Below, one piece after another: positions 62,781-64,000 of a stretch of DNA of 64,000 nucleotides. A program made the translations under genes and the position numbers. The stretch comes from Chrysemys picta bellii (taxonomy: Eukaryota). Every line of letters begins with the position of its first letter. The first letter of the stretch is position 1. A model generated the notes under the pieces. The model was not told the DNA's origin, did not search any database, and saw only the letters and a list, made by a program, of their open reading frames with translations. The stretch spans positions 68,076,001-68,140,000 of the forward strand of contig NC_088792.1 in NCBI RefSeq assembly GCF_011386835.1, in the 5' to 3' direction.

Positions 62781-64000
62781 AAGGTGTGGACCTTGCACTT
62801 GCCATTAATACATCAACAGAGTTGATTAAATAAACCAGGGGACAATCACTTAGTATGTAGTCTGTATTTTTTTTCTAACTTTTGGTAATTGGACTGCATA
62901 ATTGTAAAACTTTTTAAACAATTACATTTAAGGCCCCATCCTTGTGTGTTATGCAACTGCTTTTAAAGGTTTCCTGTATAGTTTTGGCCAGCTTTTAACT
63001 AAATGTTAAGCAGCTGATTTTGCTAATCCCTTGGATGGTAGTTTAAGACAAGTGTCAGTGCAGTTTGGCTCAAATTAGTCTATTTTGGATTAGTCTTTAC
63101 CATGGTATTCCAGCCCCTCTTCTGCTCTTTCCTTCTTCCTCCCCCCAGCCATTGCCTCACAAAATCTTTCACAATGTATGGCCTGACTTTCAGAGGTGTT
63201 GAGCACCCATTTCTCTAATTAAAATCTAATAACCAATTTTTGGTTGGTCATTTTTGGTTTTACTCAGTGGTAGCCCACAGTGCTGAAAGCTCCGTATGGA
63301 ACAGTAGTAGGAGCTGGCTTAAAGGCAGGACATAAGTGTTTCAGTTTAAAGGTGAATTTTCAGAGTGCACTAAAAGGCAGAGTCAGAAACAGAGAGCCTC
63401 CAACTTTGAGGGTCCAGGGTAGAATATGAGGTGCACATTTGGCATCATTTGGTAAAAGATTTCCCATGATAGGGCCCTACAAAATGACCTGTTTTAAAAA
63501 TGCCCTCCTGCTTCCAGCACCTACCTGTTTCCTGACTCCTTCCACCCTGTCCTCCCCTCTTTGGATCCAACAGTTACCTACTTCCCCAATCCCCTCAGCT
63601 CCCTCCCACTGTCTTAGCCCTTGTGGCTACCTATCAAGGCAGGGACTAGTCCTCTTGCAGTTGAGGGGAATCTCTTCCCACCCTGTGAAGTAAAGCAACA
63701 TCTCCACCTCTCCCCGTTGTGCTTGGGAGGGTAAGGCTGAGCCCCCTTACGTCCCCTTTTCTCATTGTTCTACCTGGGCGCATTGTTAAAGGGAGGCATT
63801 TAGATATATCCCCTCAGCAATGCCTGAACACTGCTCCCTTACCAGCCAGCAGCTGCTTGGAGCTGTGCTGCCCTCAGCGCTCAGACTCTATCATCACCTG
63901 CCTTTGCCTGCAACCGTGGGCTTCCCCTCCTCCTGTGGGCATTACTGCTACTCCTGACCAGGAGTAAGGGGGATTTAAGATTCCAGCATCTAGCTCTGCT

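Noticed and set aside
52707-64000. MTURN or another downstream gene
   Set aside because: No MTURN-like peptide or promoter-like CpG island. The ORFs here are short or inside repeats.
1-64000. CRISPR arrays, rRNA, operons, U12-type introns
   Set aside because: This is a eukaryotic locus with no repeat-spacer array or rRNA-like sequence. All 16 introns are GT-AG and none has the U12 GTATCC donor.

Overview
Vertebrate genomic DNA, almost certainly turtle, judging by the Penelope, tortoise PolIII/SINE, CR1, hAT and Harbinger-type repeats. Two complete protein-coding genes lie head-to-head across a ~1 kb CpG-rich bidirectional promoter. FKBP14 is on the minus strand: 4 coding exons, 17636->6407, 211 aa, C-terminal HDEL. 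PLEKHA8/FAPP2 is on the plus strand: 14 coding exons, 18685->52706, 523 aa, PH domain plus GLTP domain. All introns are GT-AG and all exon phases join into open frames. Introns and flanks are dense with transposons, many with exact TIRs and target-site duplications. I found no support for a wholly new gene system. The most notable structures are: (i) four identical minimal hammerhead-ribozyme motifs in young Penelope insertions, each paired in cis with its own antisense copy, one forming a spacer-less ~210-bp palindrome; (ii) a ~150-bp inverted repeat tied to a decayed ~130-bp tandem array in PLEKHA8 intron 1, unexplained by any repeat I recognise; (iii) a hAT element built from two transposase 3' ends, inserted 28 nt from the last FKBP14 acceptor; (iv) a 41-nt PLEKHA8 exon that starts with a donor-like GTAACC. 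Identity values were estimated by hand, and human protein comparisons are from recall.
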